NCBI RefSeq assembly: GCF_040938485.1
Contig: NW_027271394.1
Location: forward strand, 2,170,001 to 2,234,000
Length of the DNA stretch: 64,000 nucleotides
DNA from: Diadema antillarum
Taxonomy: Eukaryota
Direction: 5' to 3'
Part shown: in pieces, positions 25,838 through 38,892 of the stretch
Layout: every line of letters begins with the position of its first letter
Numbering within the stretch: the stretch's first letter is position 1
Notes under the pieces: generated by a model
Databases searched by the model: none
What the model saw: only the letters and a program-made list of their open reading frames with translations
Told to the model about the DNA's origin: nothing
Translations under genes and position numbers: made by a program

Positions 25838-26137
25838 CAGAAGGAGTTTCTGTCCGGCAATGTTCCATCCATGACAACGTGTCTCCGATTCCGTTGGTCG
25901 CAGAACACGTGACATTGATGCAGGCATCGGGGAGTGGAGACAGGATCGCTGAGGCACAGCTGGAGGAGGACAAGGTGTCGTTATCAGCTGTAATGGTGTA
26001 TGTGTGGAGATGTGGGTAAGGCTGGTCAGAGAGGTCAACATGACAGGTGATGATTAGAGTTACCAGGTTTCCTTCACCTCTGATTTCCGTCGTCTGGATC
26101 CTAAGGATGTTGCTACCAGGTTGTTCGGGACCGGTTT
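25838..26137 (-). CDS. 4-Cys Ig-like domain exon 3, middle gene copy
   Basis: ETGPEQPGSNIL..LIITCHVDLSDQPYPHLHTY..PLPDACINVTCSATNGIG..HCRTETPSG. Donor GTAAGT, 300 bp. Confidence 0.9.
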
Positions 26138-27059
26138 CTAGAACGAGACAGAATAGCAAACGAGGAAAGGGTAAAATTAATACTTATCATGGAAAAGCCT
26201 GTTTAGAATTTTCATTGCCATACTGTCATCAGTGATGTTATAGCGATATGGAAAGTGATTATATCAGCAGTTTTGATATTTAAGCCTACTGTTGGCACGT
26301 TAAAGGTAAAACATGGTAGGCCTACTTGTAAGGGCTCAAAATTCATCACAATTCCCTTGCTATACATCGAAAAGCTCTGTCAAGGAAATCGCCGGGCTGA
26401 CGCATCTTGATGGGAAAATAAGTTTGTTTGTTTGTTTGTTTGAGTATTTCGAAAGTGTCAAATAATATACCGACTTTTATTCCTGAAGCGCCCTCCCTGC
26501 TGAGTAGTGGGTATGCAGAACGAAGGAGGTACCTGGATACCGCAGTGGCCCGATATATTGTATGTAATCAAATGTAACAAATCACGTAGCCACCACCATC
26601 AGGTAAGCTCTGAGAATGTATAGTACTTTCGGCGAAGCCTTTTGGCTAGTATTGCTCATTTTTGTCATTATCTAATTGAAATCGTATTATGAAAGCGTTA
26701 TCTAACACACTTGTGCATGGTATACGAGAACTGTGATTTGGTTTTAAATTTATACTGTATGTGATCATTTTGGTTTCAGTAATTTTCTAGTTAAAGGTGT
26801 CACAACTGCTGTTACGCTATGAACAGTTTAACTTAACTGTAACCCCACGAGGAGCTAATGCGTTTTTAATTTTGTAGAAACTTTTGTGAAACTTTCACTG
26901 CAGATATATATAAACGATTAAAGGTTATTGAAAACTGCAATTTCTTTCATTTTGGATAGCCACTTTAAATTGGAGAACAAACTTAATGTATACTCTGCGT
27001 TTTCTTACTTTACTGTTCGTTCAAAAATAACAAAAAGAAAGAATGTGTTTTGTATTTAC

Positions 27060-27335
27060 CTGGCTGTGGGGGACAGTAGGTCTTGGTCATTTCAGTCTCC
27101 CCATATTCATTTATACCAGTGCACACGACATCGATGCATGTGTTGGGTTGAGGGTCTATGGTCACCGTAGGAGAAGCTGAATCGGAAATGACGTTATCAT
27201 CGACTGCAATGAGGTACGTGTTGATTGGTGGAAACGGTTGGTCTTCTGGATCCACGTGACAAGTAATGATGAGACTTGATTCAGCAGCTTCTTGAGTCTC
27301 AAACCCCACATTGATGATTCTTTCTGGTGGCTTAT
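27060..27335 (-). CDS. 4-Cys Ig-like domain exon 2, middle gene copy
   Basis: DKPPERII..LIITCHVDPEDQPFPPINTY..PQPNTCIDVVCTGINEYG..YCPPQPG. Donor GTAAAT, 276 bp. Confidence 0.9.
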
Positions 27336-27958
27336 CTGTTGTATAAAATATGATCAGTTGATGTATTGATTACTGTCTAAACCAGGAACCCGTCACCTAT
27401 CGGAAATTGAAATGGATGTACCTTAAGTCTTTAATTTATCCCAGATGAACGGAAAGGATAGGGGAGGACTTTAACAATATACTTTGCGCTCAGTTTCTTA
27501 TAAGACCTCCAGAAAGCAGGTGTTACATGGAGCAAACACGAGCCGATTATCATGGTTATCATTATACCTAGCAGTAAAGTGTACAATGCCATAACAACGA
27601 TGTGTTTTATCACATGACTACGCTGACTCGATTTTTAAAGACAAAAATGAAAAGGAACGTGTAGGCATGGATGTCTGAGCGAGCATGATCAATATCTTAT
27701 ATCGTTTTATTTAGCTTTTGTAACACTGAAAATATTGTAAGACCAGACCAGAGGAAATTGTATGGAAATTTATATGCAATTACGAGTTCCTTAAGTTGCT
27801 ACTACATAGTTTAACATGACCTATAGCCACCTCAGGCTGCAGTAAAAGCAACAAAAAAATAAAAATAAAAAAAAAATATATATATATATATAAAGACACA
27901 AAAACCGAAGACAGAATTGTCGCCCTGTTAACGTGCACACTGTATGAAGACTACTTAC

Positions 27959-28288
27959 CTCGAGGACAGTGTGTGAGCGTGGCTGAGGTCGTTCCAATCC
28001 CGTTCGTCGCGGAGCACGTGAGTTCGATGCAGGCGTTAGGGCGTGGTGAGAGGATTGCTGAGCCGGAGCTTGATGACGATAGAGTCGTAGAGTCAGTACT
28101 GATGGTGTAGGTGTGGAGGTACGGGGACGGCTGATCAGTGAAGTTCACTCGACAGGAGATGACCAGATTAACCAGGTTATCCTCGCCTTTGATCTCTGCA
28201 ACATCGATTGATAAGATGTTCTCTCCTGGAGGGGTACTGGGACTTGGAGTGATACATGGCGTGATGGACCGGGGTACATCGACACCAC
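27959..28288 (-). CDS. 4-Cys Ig-like domain exon 1 (with Pro/Thr-rich linker), middle gene copy
   Basis: GGVDVPRSITPCITPSPSTPPGENIL..LVISCRVNFTDQPSPYLHTY..PRPNACIELTCSATNGIG..HCPRG. Donor GTAAGT, 330 bp. Confidence 0.9.
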
Positions 28289-29277
28289 CTGTTTAGTCAG
28301 TTCAAATGCAGTCAGCACGTTATTCGTTTAAAAGTTCATTGTTATTTAACGGTACAAGGTACATCTTGAAAAGAAAAACAGACATTATATGGCAGTCTAT
28401 CATGATAGTGATAACAATAGAACAAAAAGCAATTCAAGCACACTACAAATAAATGATGATTGTGAGGCTCTTATCCAGTCTTTTGACGCTCATTCATGCA
28501 AATGACTGCTTCAAATCTTATTTAGCAATGACATGAATAGCATACGTGTATTTAGGTAATTTAAGTCGAGAACATCGCATGAAAAAGACAAGAATTTGAC
28601 ATTGAATTACGTTTGTTACTACACAAAACGTATTGAAAAGAAAGGAATTGAATGCATGTTTTGTTACGTACAGAAAGCGTTGGGTTTTTCGCAAAGTAGA
28701 AGGAAAGTTATGAAGCCATTTCCCTGTTTAGCTGCACGCTTCGCGCGTGAACAGATCATCTAAGTTTGCGTTGATCAAGTTTTACGTCTCCTAGGACTCA
28801 GCCTAAAGGAAAAATATGTCAGTATCAAATAGTGAGATGCGTAAAGAGATAGACGCAGATTTAGTTATAAATATTCTATTTTGCAATCGCAATTTCAGTC
28901 GACAGGTGTCAAAGGAGTGGTAAATCTTTGACTATAACTGCTTACACCAGCCTTTTAACTTTGCATGTGGCATACTAACACAGCTGTATATACTTTTAAC
29001 TTTAATTGCATGTGGTATACTAACGCAGCTGTATATACAATGTGTGTATGGTCGTGCGCATCAGGGAGTGGGACGGGGGCCAGGGATCTGTTGCCTACTC
29101 CCCCCCCCCCCCCCCCCCCCCCCATCGGAATTTTTTAAACCCATTTTTTCTTTAGACTCGAATCGTAAGATTCTCAAGTATTTTGATCAGAAAATTACAA
29201 AATCAGGTCCTGTGTGAAAATACGAATGTCATTATATCGTGTTATTTGTCACGGCTCCATGCACTGCCGTTTATTTT

Positions 29278-30378
29278 GGGCCGAATGCATAAATCAAGCA
29301 ATTGCTTCAAGCAAAAGCACAAGCTCGTCTAGCAAAAGGTCTAGCTCAAGCAATTGCTTAAATCCATATGCATAACCTTTTGCTTGTCCCGCACAAGCAA
29401 TTACTTGCGTTTTCAACAAAAGGAACGTCACGCCTGTGCGAACACAAGAACAAAGGCGAGTGTGACAGCATGTATTTGAAAGGATGTGTGTGTGCGAAAC
29501 ATTTCCTGACATAGCAAAAATGCGCACACAGACGCACACACACATCTTTACACACACAAGTACTGGCTGATTCCCATCACTGCTTATAGAGATAGCACGG
29601 ATCTGCCAGATCTCATGTGGAGAGAGGTCTCCTTGCTCTCCACCGAAGTCAGACATCTACCTGTTTTTCATCACACTTTGCGTGCTGACCACTGGACATT
29701 CCCGTTGTTGAAATGAAAAAGTTTCTAACACTGACAAGGAGTAATTTCTTGTAGAATTATACCACCCTGCACAAGTGTGGTCTTTCTTGTATGAATGTGA
29801 AAATAATACTTAAAAGGGAACGTCCAAGTTAAGCAAAAGCTCAAGTTCATTTTACAGAGCTTGGAAAATCGTAAGCAATTGCTAGCAAGAACAAGCAAAA
29901 GGTATGTTTTATGCATACGTTTTTAAGCAAACGCTTCGTCTCTAACGCAATTCCTTGCGGGCAGCAAGCAATTGCTTGTGCTTGCTAGCAAAAGCTCCTG
30001 CTCGCAAGCAATTGCTTGTTTTTATGCATACTCTCTAAAAAAATCGAGTGAATATATTCACTCTTAAAAGAGTGAAAACAAAAAAGAGTGCATTTACAGT
30101 GAAATTGGAGTGAATTTCAAGTGAAAATGTTCACTTTCACTCGTTTTGGAGTGACCTCAGGGATCACTCCAAAATCTTCGAGTGATCCCTGAGGTCACTC
30201 CAAAATGAGTGAAAATGAACATTTTCACTCAAAATTCACTCCAATTTCACTCAAAATTCACTCTTTTTTGTTTTCACTCTTTTGAGAGTGAATATTTTCA
30301 CTCGATTTTTTTTAGAGAGTATACGGATTCGAGTAAAAGGCTAGCACAAGTAATTGCTAGTGTTTATGCACCCGGCCC
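29278..30378. mobile_element. PIF/Harbinger-like non-autonomous element with caagcaattgctt subterminal repeats
   Basis: TIRs gggccgaatgcataaa / tttatgcacccggccc with a 3-bp ttt duplication; the palindromic aagcaattgctt occurs near both ends. Confidence 0.7.
30029..30321. mobile_element. Fold-back MITE nested in the Harbinger-like element
   Basis: Near-complete palindrome tactctctaaaaaaatcgagtgaa...ttcactcgattttttttagagagta, with core ggagtgacctcagggatcactc inverted around a ~10-nt loop. Confidence 0.85.
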
Positions 30379-30610
30379 TTTGTCATAACTCATTGCCGGT
30401 GAGCGCTATTCACATTCATATAATAGGCTTGTAACACAGTGAAGACGCACACGCAAACAAGATGTAACAGAGACCACGATTTGTTCATCAAAATTTCCCC
30501 CTGAATATTTATTTTTCATCCAATACTACTTCTCGCGCACTGTGTATGAAGTATGATATTATATTGTAATTGATTATGTTTGTACTGATGCCAAGTTAAA
30601 AAGAAATCAC

Positions 30611-30802
30611 CTGTAACCGCCAGAGTAGCAGAACGCACAACACCGTACACATGGCACTGAAGTGTATCGCCGTGGCTTGCCGTCTTTGGGGTGAATGTCA
30701 ATCTACTCGTCATGTCGTAATAAGTGAAGCGATCAACGCCGTAAGTTAGGCCTTCGTTCAAGTCTGCGTTGGCAAATATTGCGGCCGCAGCACTCAGATT
30801 CC
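30611..30802 (-). CDS. Partial Ig (C2-like) exon, C-terminal half, middle gene copy
   Basis: NLSAAAAIF..YYDMTSRLTFTPKTASHGDTLQCHVYGVVRSATLAVT carries the E/F/G-strand pattern (SxLTFTP..GxxLxC). AG/GT boundaries, 192 bp, phase 1-1. Confidence 0.8.
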
Positions 30803-31774
30803 CTATACATTGTACATTAAAAAAAAATAATGATAACGAACTCAATACATTGGTACATCAGTACAACGTCTACATCTAACATCATGCGGGAACATTTGGT
30901 CAGTATCACGTGACATATTCTCCTAAAGTAAAGACTGCACTAAAAGTATTAACAGGACGGGATATGGTGATTCTTACTTCTTGCATCTCTGTTAGCCTCA
31001 TCACTGTAATATAATTAAAGTCCTGGTTTATCATCATGGACAATAATTTATAAATACCGCAATCAGAAAATTTGTTTTTGATATATAAATTTAAATGCCG
31101 ATTTTTCACTCTTTCTGATTATTTCACTCTAAATAATAAAGCATAGGCGTGACCACATTGGAATCAGTGCATTGCATCTTAAATGTCAATGTCAGTACTT
31201 TTCCCTCTTGCTGATAATTATCGGATTTTCCAGTCATACAATGATTAATTTCATGACAAACAATGCGTTGTTTTTAACCAACACAATTCAAACTGTGTGA
31301 GTATACATGTCCCCCATTGACTGGAATTGGAAATACTCCCTTTGTGTGAGCTACAGTACTATTGTAAATGCCACTTGGGTGGGAAGGTCGAAAACAAATT
31401 ATGATGTGATATACTGATGATATTTATAGGTCTGCTAGAAATTGCAATGGCTATTCTGACATTAAAAAAATGTGACTTCAATTTGATAAAAGCTTAGTAC
31501 TAAAATGACGATGTTAGTAACCCATATCAGGTGAAATATAAACTTCAACAAACTTGTTAATGAAAAATAAATATGCCATTAATCATCAAATTTTCTGTAA
31601 TTTTGTGGTAACCACAATATCTATATAAGAAAATGTACTATTTTCCAAAAAGCTAATGAGAGTTATGTTTGGGATGATGTCAGACTCGAGATGCTATCAC
31701 GTACAGAAAGATCCGACTTACAAAACACCAACGAAGGAAAGCAGCACTATGGCTTTTGAAGAAAGAGACTAATT

Positions 31775-32553
31775 CTTCGTCCTACTAGATGTGCACGCAA
31801 TTTAGGGGTTCTTTTTGATGATCAACTGATGCTGATTGATCATATTAACAGTATATGTCGTACAGCGTCATTTTGGACTACAAAGAATTGGTTCAATTAG
31901 ACGTTATCTTGATCAATGTGCGACTGAACGGTTTATACATGCTTTTGTAATGAGTAGAATTGATAATTGTAATGGATTGTTATATGGTTTGTCAGATTCA
32001 ATGTTAGGTACACTGCAGCGAATTCAAAATTCAGCTGCAAGATTGGTTACCCGAACTCACATATATGACTCTATTTCTTCAATATTACACATGTTGCACT
32101 GGTTGCCAGTCAAAGATAGGTTAGTTTATAAGTTACTTGTAATTGCATATAAATGTCAACATCAGTTAGCTCCTTATTATTTGCAACAGCTCCTCCAAGA
32201 ATATCAACCTTCCAGACAACTTCACTCAAGCACCAAACAATTGTTAAAACCGGTTAATGTATCGACTAAGTCATATGGTCAACGATCATTTCAATATTCA
32301 ATACCTCAACTTGGAATCAACTCCCCAATTATATCAGAGAATGTTCATCATTAGATCAGTTCAAGTCTTTATTGAAGTCTCATTTGTTTGTAAAGTAACC
32401 ATTGTTCTGTAAATTGTTTAATGATGTGTTTTAAGTTGATATATATGTAATTTTCTACTTTGTATTGTGTGTTCTTACACATGTATAATCTGTCTTTTCT
32501 CATTTCAAAAAGCGCTTAGAGACTTGAATGTAATTTGCGCTCTATAAAAATGG

Positions 32554-32627
<74 letters not shown>
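31775..32627 (+). mobile_element. 5'-truncated L2-clade LINE (C-terminal part of ORF2, 3' UTR and (TTA)n tail), unit B only
   Basis: PTRCARNLGVLFDDQL..HINSICRTASF/IGSIRRYL..SRIDNCNGLLYG..LQRIQNSAARLV..LHWLPV are motifs typical of L2/CR1-group ORF2. One frameshift near 31875; absent from unit A (~1340). Confidence 0.9.
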
Positions 32628-32628
<1 letters not shown>

Positions 32629-32645
32629 CGGATGTATGAACTCAC

Positions 32646-32978
32646 GTTCTCCGGCACATGTTACGCCCACATCATCGTCGTGCCCACAACTGGAGCGATA
32701 GTTCTATGCGTAGCATCCCCACGGCCCTCTGTAGCACTCTAATAGCGAATTCAGGTCCCTTGTTGGACAGTAGATTCCATCGTCTAACCAAATAGGACCT
32801 GAGCCTTGCCCAAAGTGGGCATTGTGATGGACCGAAGCTACCGATGAGTACCCAAGCTGTCTACACACCGCGTTCCCCTCCTCAGTACCCCAACCCAAAT
32901 CACACGCCGTACCCCAAACCCCGTCACACTGTATCTCCACTCGGCCTTCATGGTCGCCGCTCCCTCCTACAAGTCTCA
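32646..32978 (-). pseudogene. SRCR domain exon with in-frame premature stop, middle gene copy
   Basis: 333 bp and colinear with 1357-1689. TAG at 32704-32706 (..GCYA*NYRSSCGHDDDVGVTC), with the frame resuming intact after the stop. Confidence 0.9.
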
Positions 32979-34312
32979 CTGAAAAATAGCGAATAACATT
33001 GGAAAAGTGTTTGCAAAATTGTAGAGAGTGAATGCCAAATCGAGAAATTCAGATTACATTGCAACTGATACTATTAAATCAAATCAAATCAAAACAAATC
33101 AAATTAAATCAAATCATATCATATCAAATCAAATCAAATCAAATCAAATCAAATCAAATCAAATCAAATCATATCAATTTTAGTGAGGTACCACCAAAAT
33201 TTCGAGTCTTGGAAAGAAATTTTCAAAACGGTTTTTGAAAACAAATATTCCTTTGTATTTCCTGTTCAAAAATACTACATACAAAAAGCATAATTTCATA
33301 TGAATGCGGAAGCTATATAGTTCAAATTTGAATAAACAGAAAATTTGAAGACTCACATTAGTACTATAGGAGTCTAAGACCTTTGATTTACATTATACAA
33401 TTCAACAAGAGATATCTTACATTTCTATGATGCCAAGTGTAACTAACAAACACTGAATAACATGCGATAAAGTGGGTGGTTTATTAACAAGATCACCATA
33501 AAAGCGTAACATTTTCATGTTTTTTTCCTTTTGACAAGATGAAATTATGGCATTCAAGGTAAATACGTTGTAATTAGACTAGGATAATTTTGTTACTTAC
33601 ACACGATTAAACTTTCATGGTTTGAAAACATTCAGTCTTTAAATGCAAAGAGATGTTATGAGAAGTGTACTACCGTTAAAAAGTAGCAAAAATTATAGGA
33701 GTAGATCAACAAGTACTTTTACAGAACCTATGCAACACAGCCTGTAACAGAAACTGGTGCCGTGCTAGAGTAGCTACATTACACTGAACTTCATCATTTT
33801 CATTTTAAGAGTTCATTTCATCATTAAAAGAGCCTTAACAATTAAGGAAAATATCACTTGTCAATACATCGGGCTTAGTAATCGTAGGTCGAAGGATTTT
33901 TTTTTTTTTTTTCAAATGAACACATATGCATTTTCTTATGGGCTAAATTAGCTTTGCAAATGGTCATGCTCATTGGGTAAATCGGTTTTCTATTTCGTTT
34001 TTGTTCAATATCACTTGAACGCAGAATATTGTGTGAGGACTTGCTCTTTCAGAACCGCAGTAACAAATTCGTTTAAAACATTGAATTTACTAGCAACTCG
34101 GTTCTACTTCATAATCCTAGTTACATTGTACTTACCTCATGCTTTGTACTGTGAATAGGTGGAATAGATGTATCAATTGACATGTAAACACACGATCAAA
34201 ACTTCCATGGAATGAGGAACACGCAAGAATCAACTACCTACCGACGATGACAGATCTGCTTGTGTGTTATTCTGGTTATTTGGAAAGAATCCATATTTTT
34301 CGCTGTACTCAC

Positions 34313-34348
34313 CAGTTCTACCATCACACGGCCGTGAGCAGTGACTGC
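34313..34348 (-). CDS. 36-bp linker exon (GSHCSRPCDGRT), middle gene copy
   Basis: Acceptor tttccgAG, donor GTGAGT. Only synonymous differences from the unit A copy. Confidence 0.8.
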
Positions 34349-37300
34349 CTCGGAAATTCAGCGTCCAATAATTCTAAGCTTGCCGCTGAGCGTCTGTTGC
34401 CATCTGCAAAGTCAGTGCTTCTGGTTCGTTGTTCTTTAATTCCTTTTTGCTCAAAATATTGTGGCAATATGTTCCAGAAATTATTCCTCAAGCTTCAGAC
34501 TTGTCTTTTAGACAATGACATCTCATATCATATCCTTGCTTTCGTTTTGCACCTTAGTTCTATATCAAATGAAGGACAATTCTTCATATGAAGACATTTC
34601 AGGAAATATTTTCGTTTCCGTCGTTCATAGAGAAAAACTAACAAACAAACAAAAATGATGAACAATGAAGTCAAAAGTAAACAATTTTACAATACATTAT
34701 GCTCCCACAGGTTAATGCCTTAGAGAAACTGTGTCTGAAACGTATAATGATCAATAACATTCTTTGATTATTACCACTTAGATTGATGAAAAGTTGATCT
34801 ATTTGACTAAAATGATTTATGGTGTCTATCAAATTTCTCTCACATAATCACAGAAATACGATTAAAACTCAGCAGCAATATTGTCTTTTACTACAAAAAT
34901 GACCCATAATACCCAGTCATGGCTGTCCATTGCACATAATGAACAGGAATTAGTATTTTGAGTTAAGACATAACTTACACGCAAACCTATGGGATCCTAG
35001 GGCAGAAAAAAACCTCCTGATTTTGAATAGATTTATTCTTTTACATAACTCACATCAATTCATATCCGACTAAATAGGTAATAATCACAAAATAGGTATT
35101 GTTATCTTTCTGTCACACCTTTTCAGAACCAAAACGTCTAAGATGAAAAGATTGACCGACATCGCTAGGTACCCTTAGAGAGTACGTTGACAAAAGAACA
35201 TTATCTTCCTTTTGCTACATGTAGGATACGTGGTGTGTATTGTCCTCGATCGACACGCTTTTCATGACAGATTATCATGACTTATTATTAGCTCAAGCAC
35301 GTCGGTATTTCATCTTATGCCACTGTATATCACAAAACAGTATTTTTTGTTTGCGTTTTAACAAACTGAAAGAGATATTATAGAAGATGGTTGGAGAACC
35401 TGCCTGATATTACTAAATTATTAACCCTGATGTACTGCATGATGCTTTAACGGAGTAAGAGACAAAAATGCAGGATATTTCGTCCTTTTTAGCTTCACAC
35501 AAAGGGTTTTCATATTAACCACTCCTAAAAGGGACGCTTTTACTAATTCGCATCGAGTTGTTGTACTTACTGAGTAGTTAATGTCTTATTTGCTCTTCTA
35601 CACTAACGAAAACACACCCGACATTCGTATGTAACTTACGGACAGCATCAGACAACGTTAGAGCATGACGAAAAACTGTGAGCTCTAAAGGGTGATGAAG
35701 TCCATCTCATTGCTTACAAAAGCTTCCTGTCTTGACGGTTATAATCGTTCTGGTTTATTAATATCACGTTAAATATGCGATGATGATTGGGAGGCGATTA
35801 TGACGTAAACAAACATTTCTCCGTTTCACCCTAGGTATATCCTTAGGTAGACCGTTGTCAGTGGAAGCTGTTCAGTCTTTTAACTCCCGATGAAACCTTG
35901 GTCGCATGTCTCGTAAAATCTGAAGATTTTACGGTAATTATAAGTAATATCAAAATTTCAAATTGTCGGTAGTAGTCCTTGTACTTCTATCTTGCTTATT
36001 GAGCACTCTTGAAAGAAATGCTTGCTTGATGTAAAAATGGGGGACAGATTACAACTCCTTCCACTCGCATGAGACCAAAGTTCATTTCCGTCGCCTTTCG
36101 TACCTTTATTAGAAATTATCGAATTAATGACGAGAAAGTTATTTTGAGTGTGTTTGATATGAAGTATAACAATCAGTGGTAATGTCTCTTATTGGATGCA
36201 TTGAACACTATACGTAGCAACATGCTTCCAAATGCATGAAGCTCGTGTTCAGAAGATAACATTGGAAAAATGAGGTTTATTTCGCGTGGGCATAAAACAT
36301 CTCCTGACTGTACCAGACAGTCGTATTTTGCGAGGGTTTAACCGGTGCAAAATGGACACATAGACACCACGTAAAATGGGAGGAAGAAAAATCAATTCTT
36401 AGTGTAACGGAAATGGCGGCATTTTAAGTATTTAGAGGTTTCTATGTAAGGTGACATTATGACTTATGTAAGGTTGGTTGTAACCGTAATTTGTTTCAGA
36501 CATGTTAGTCGACTTAATTCTTATTTTCAAATTGACGTCGTCCTCTCTATAATATCCTTAGAGAGTCCGATGAGGGAGTGGAAAATTTCTGCCTTCGAAG
36601 CCTTACACCAGATCGAGGGGAGGTGCTAGGTATATCCGTTTTTTCTGGTTTAACGATGAAAACCATTGTTTCAATATTCACACATTATCTTGTCAGAGAT
36701 ATCCCCGACTGATTTCATGTGTTTTTCTAACAGTATTGCTCAATCGCGGTACCTTAAATTCGATTTGAAAGAGTGTGGTGATGTATCTGTGTGAGAGTTC
36801 ACTTCCGTCGCACAAAACTATGTATCGTTGACTCTGTGTTTTGATTCGAATGAGGAGCGGATATTCCATAATGATGAGTCATCTAATTTGGTTCGGGTAT
36901 CCCAAATGATTATTATCTGCGGATGGAACTGAGGGAAGAAGTTTTTATTTAATATTGAATGCATTTTGATTGGCTCAGCCGGTAGAATTATGCAAACAGA
37001 TTCTTGTGTTCATTATGTCCAATGTTTTGCACCCCTTTTACTGTTTTATCCCTGATGCAAAACTTTCATACCAAGCAAGAAATATTAACCTTGCCATCAC
37101 TTTTTAAAGGGCTTATCAAAGTCATAAACAACGTAGTAAATTCTTAGTTTTAAAGCGAGGTTATTTCTAAATTTCCCTGGAATGTGAATTGTTTCAGCTC
37201 ATAGTCATGCCAATGTATATGTTACATTTCTCCTTCCCTTGCTATTTTGCTATATCGCCAACAGTATATTAATGAGCCATATCGTAATTAGCTTCTGTGC

Positions 37301-38892
37301 AATTTGGAAGATGATTTTTCATTTTTTTCTCAATTGGCTGGGCACTTTTAAAAGCAACGTAAAAGCTTTTCCAACGAAACAATCTGTGGAGTTTATATTG
37401 AAATAAAGAATAAACTTGCGCAGACCAAATGACCACAAAGGCCTGTCAATTATCATTATTAACACTAAACTCTTTGGGAACCATTCATTTCATTGATTTG
37501 CATTTAACGCATTAACAAACTACAGGTGTATATGTATATTTTTATTTTCAAATACTTAAGGTTTTGATAAACATTTTGTTGCTGTCATTTGCGCTTGCAC
37601 CCACTATTCATAAGGCATGGTGTAAGGGTTACATGAATAGTCATTACATCACATATGTTCATCTCAGTGAATTAAAAAAACACCAAAATGCCTGTTATGG
37701 CAAATGGCTCTTTTCTGCTCATGCACACGGCGAAGTGGCTGATTGTTGTTGCTTTCATTTATATGTTACCAGCAATGTTATCTCAGTTTGGAAGGCAGGC
37801 CGTGTTTACAGTGTGAGATTGTGGTCGTCTGATATTCAGTCTTTTCAGAGTATATTGAAAATGAGGTGCTGAACAGTTTGCACTGTTCAATAGTGCAATA
37901 TAGAGGAGGTTAAATGTTTGTGTCTCTGAGTAAAAGGTGGCATATGTCGCAAGCAGAAAAAAAAAGGATTTTTAGAATATCTTATCTTATTATCTAGATA
38001 ACAAGGGAGTAAAATTTTCTGAAAATGCCCCCTTAGATTGTACCTTTAAATCATTTTATGTACCTTTATATCATTTTCTTTATTATCGATGTACCGTGTG
38101 ATTTGTATTGTCAATACTTTGTATTCGCCAAGTCCATTAATTCTTCTTTTCATATGATATGTACGAAAGAAAAGTGTATCTATACATATCGGTTGTTATG
38201 AAATTGAAGAAATAAATAAATGTCAAATCAAGTCAAGTCAAATCAAGTCAAATGTTTTTCAAAATATACGAAGTCAGCGTAGCACAATCAGTTCATGAAT
38301 AAATCTATCGCGACTGATTTTTTTTTTTAAATCAGTAGAGTAAGAGAATCTTAATTCTGAAACTTTTCATGGCTTATTGTGTTTGTAAGTGTTTGAGTGT
38401 GTATACTGTGTAGGTGCTCGTTGATGTGTAGAGGGGAAATGTATTCTTTATTTTCATCGAAAGTCCTCGACAAATTTTGGAGGAACTGCACAGGTAAAGG
38501 CCGTCCGCAATAATTAACGCTGAACTACAATGAAATTGTGAAATCTGAAAAGACAAAGTGAAAATTTTGATTTGTCGTTATTAGTACATAACTATAGGCG
38601 GTGATATGAAATTATAAGAGTGTCGATTTTCAATTTGTCTTAATGATTGCAAAATAAACGTATTTTATATAATGCCTTCCCATGTACACATGTGTTGCGT
38701 TCGACATCTCCAAAATGAACCCGTTCTGTCTTATTTCATGCAGCTTGAAAGACCTTGGAAAGGGAATCCCACTCGTCATCTGACGTCACGGGTTTGAAGG
38801 ACGGCGCGACATTCTGGGCAACGCTCCAGGGAGAGGAATGCGCGAAGGATGGCAGAAAATGATGCCGAAATCCAACCAGATTTTCAAAAATA

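Noticed and set aside
34363-35175. ~810-bp block present only in unit B
   Set aside because: No TIR, TSD, tail or coding signal found; it may be a deletion in unit A, so it is not called as a TE.
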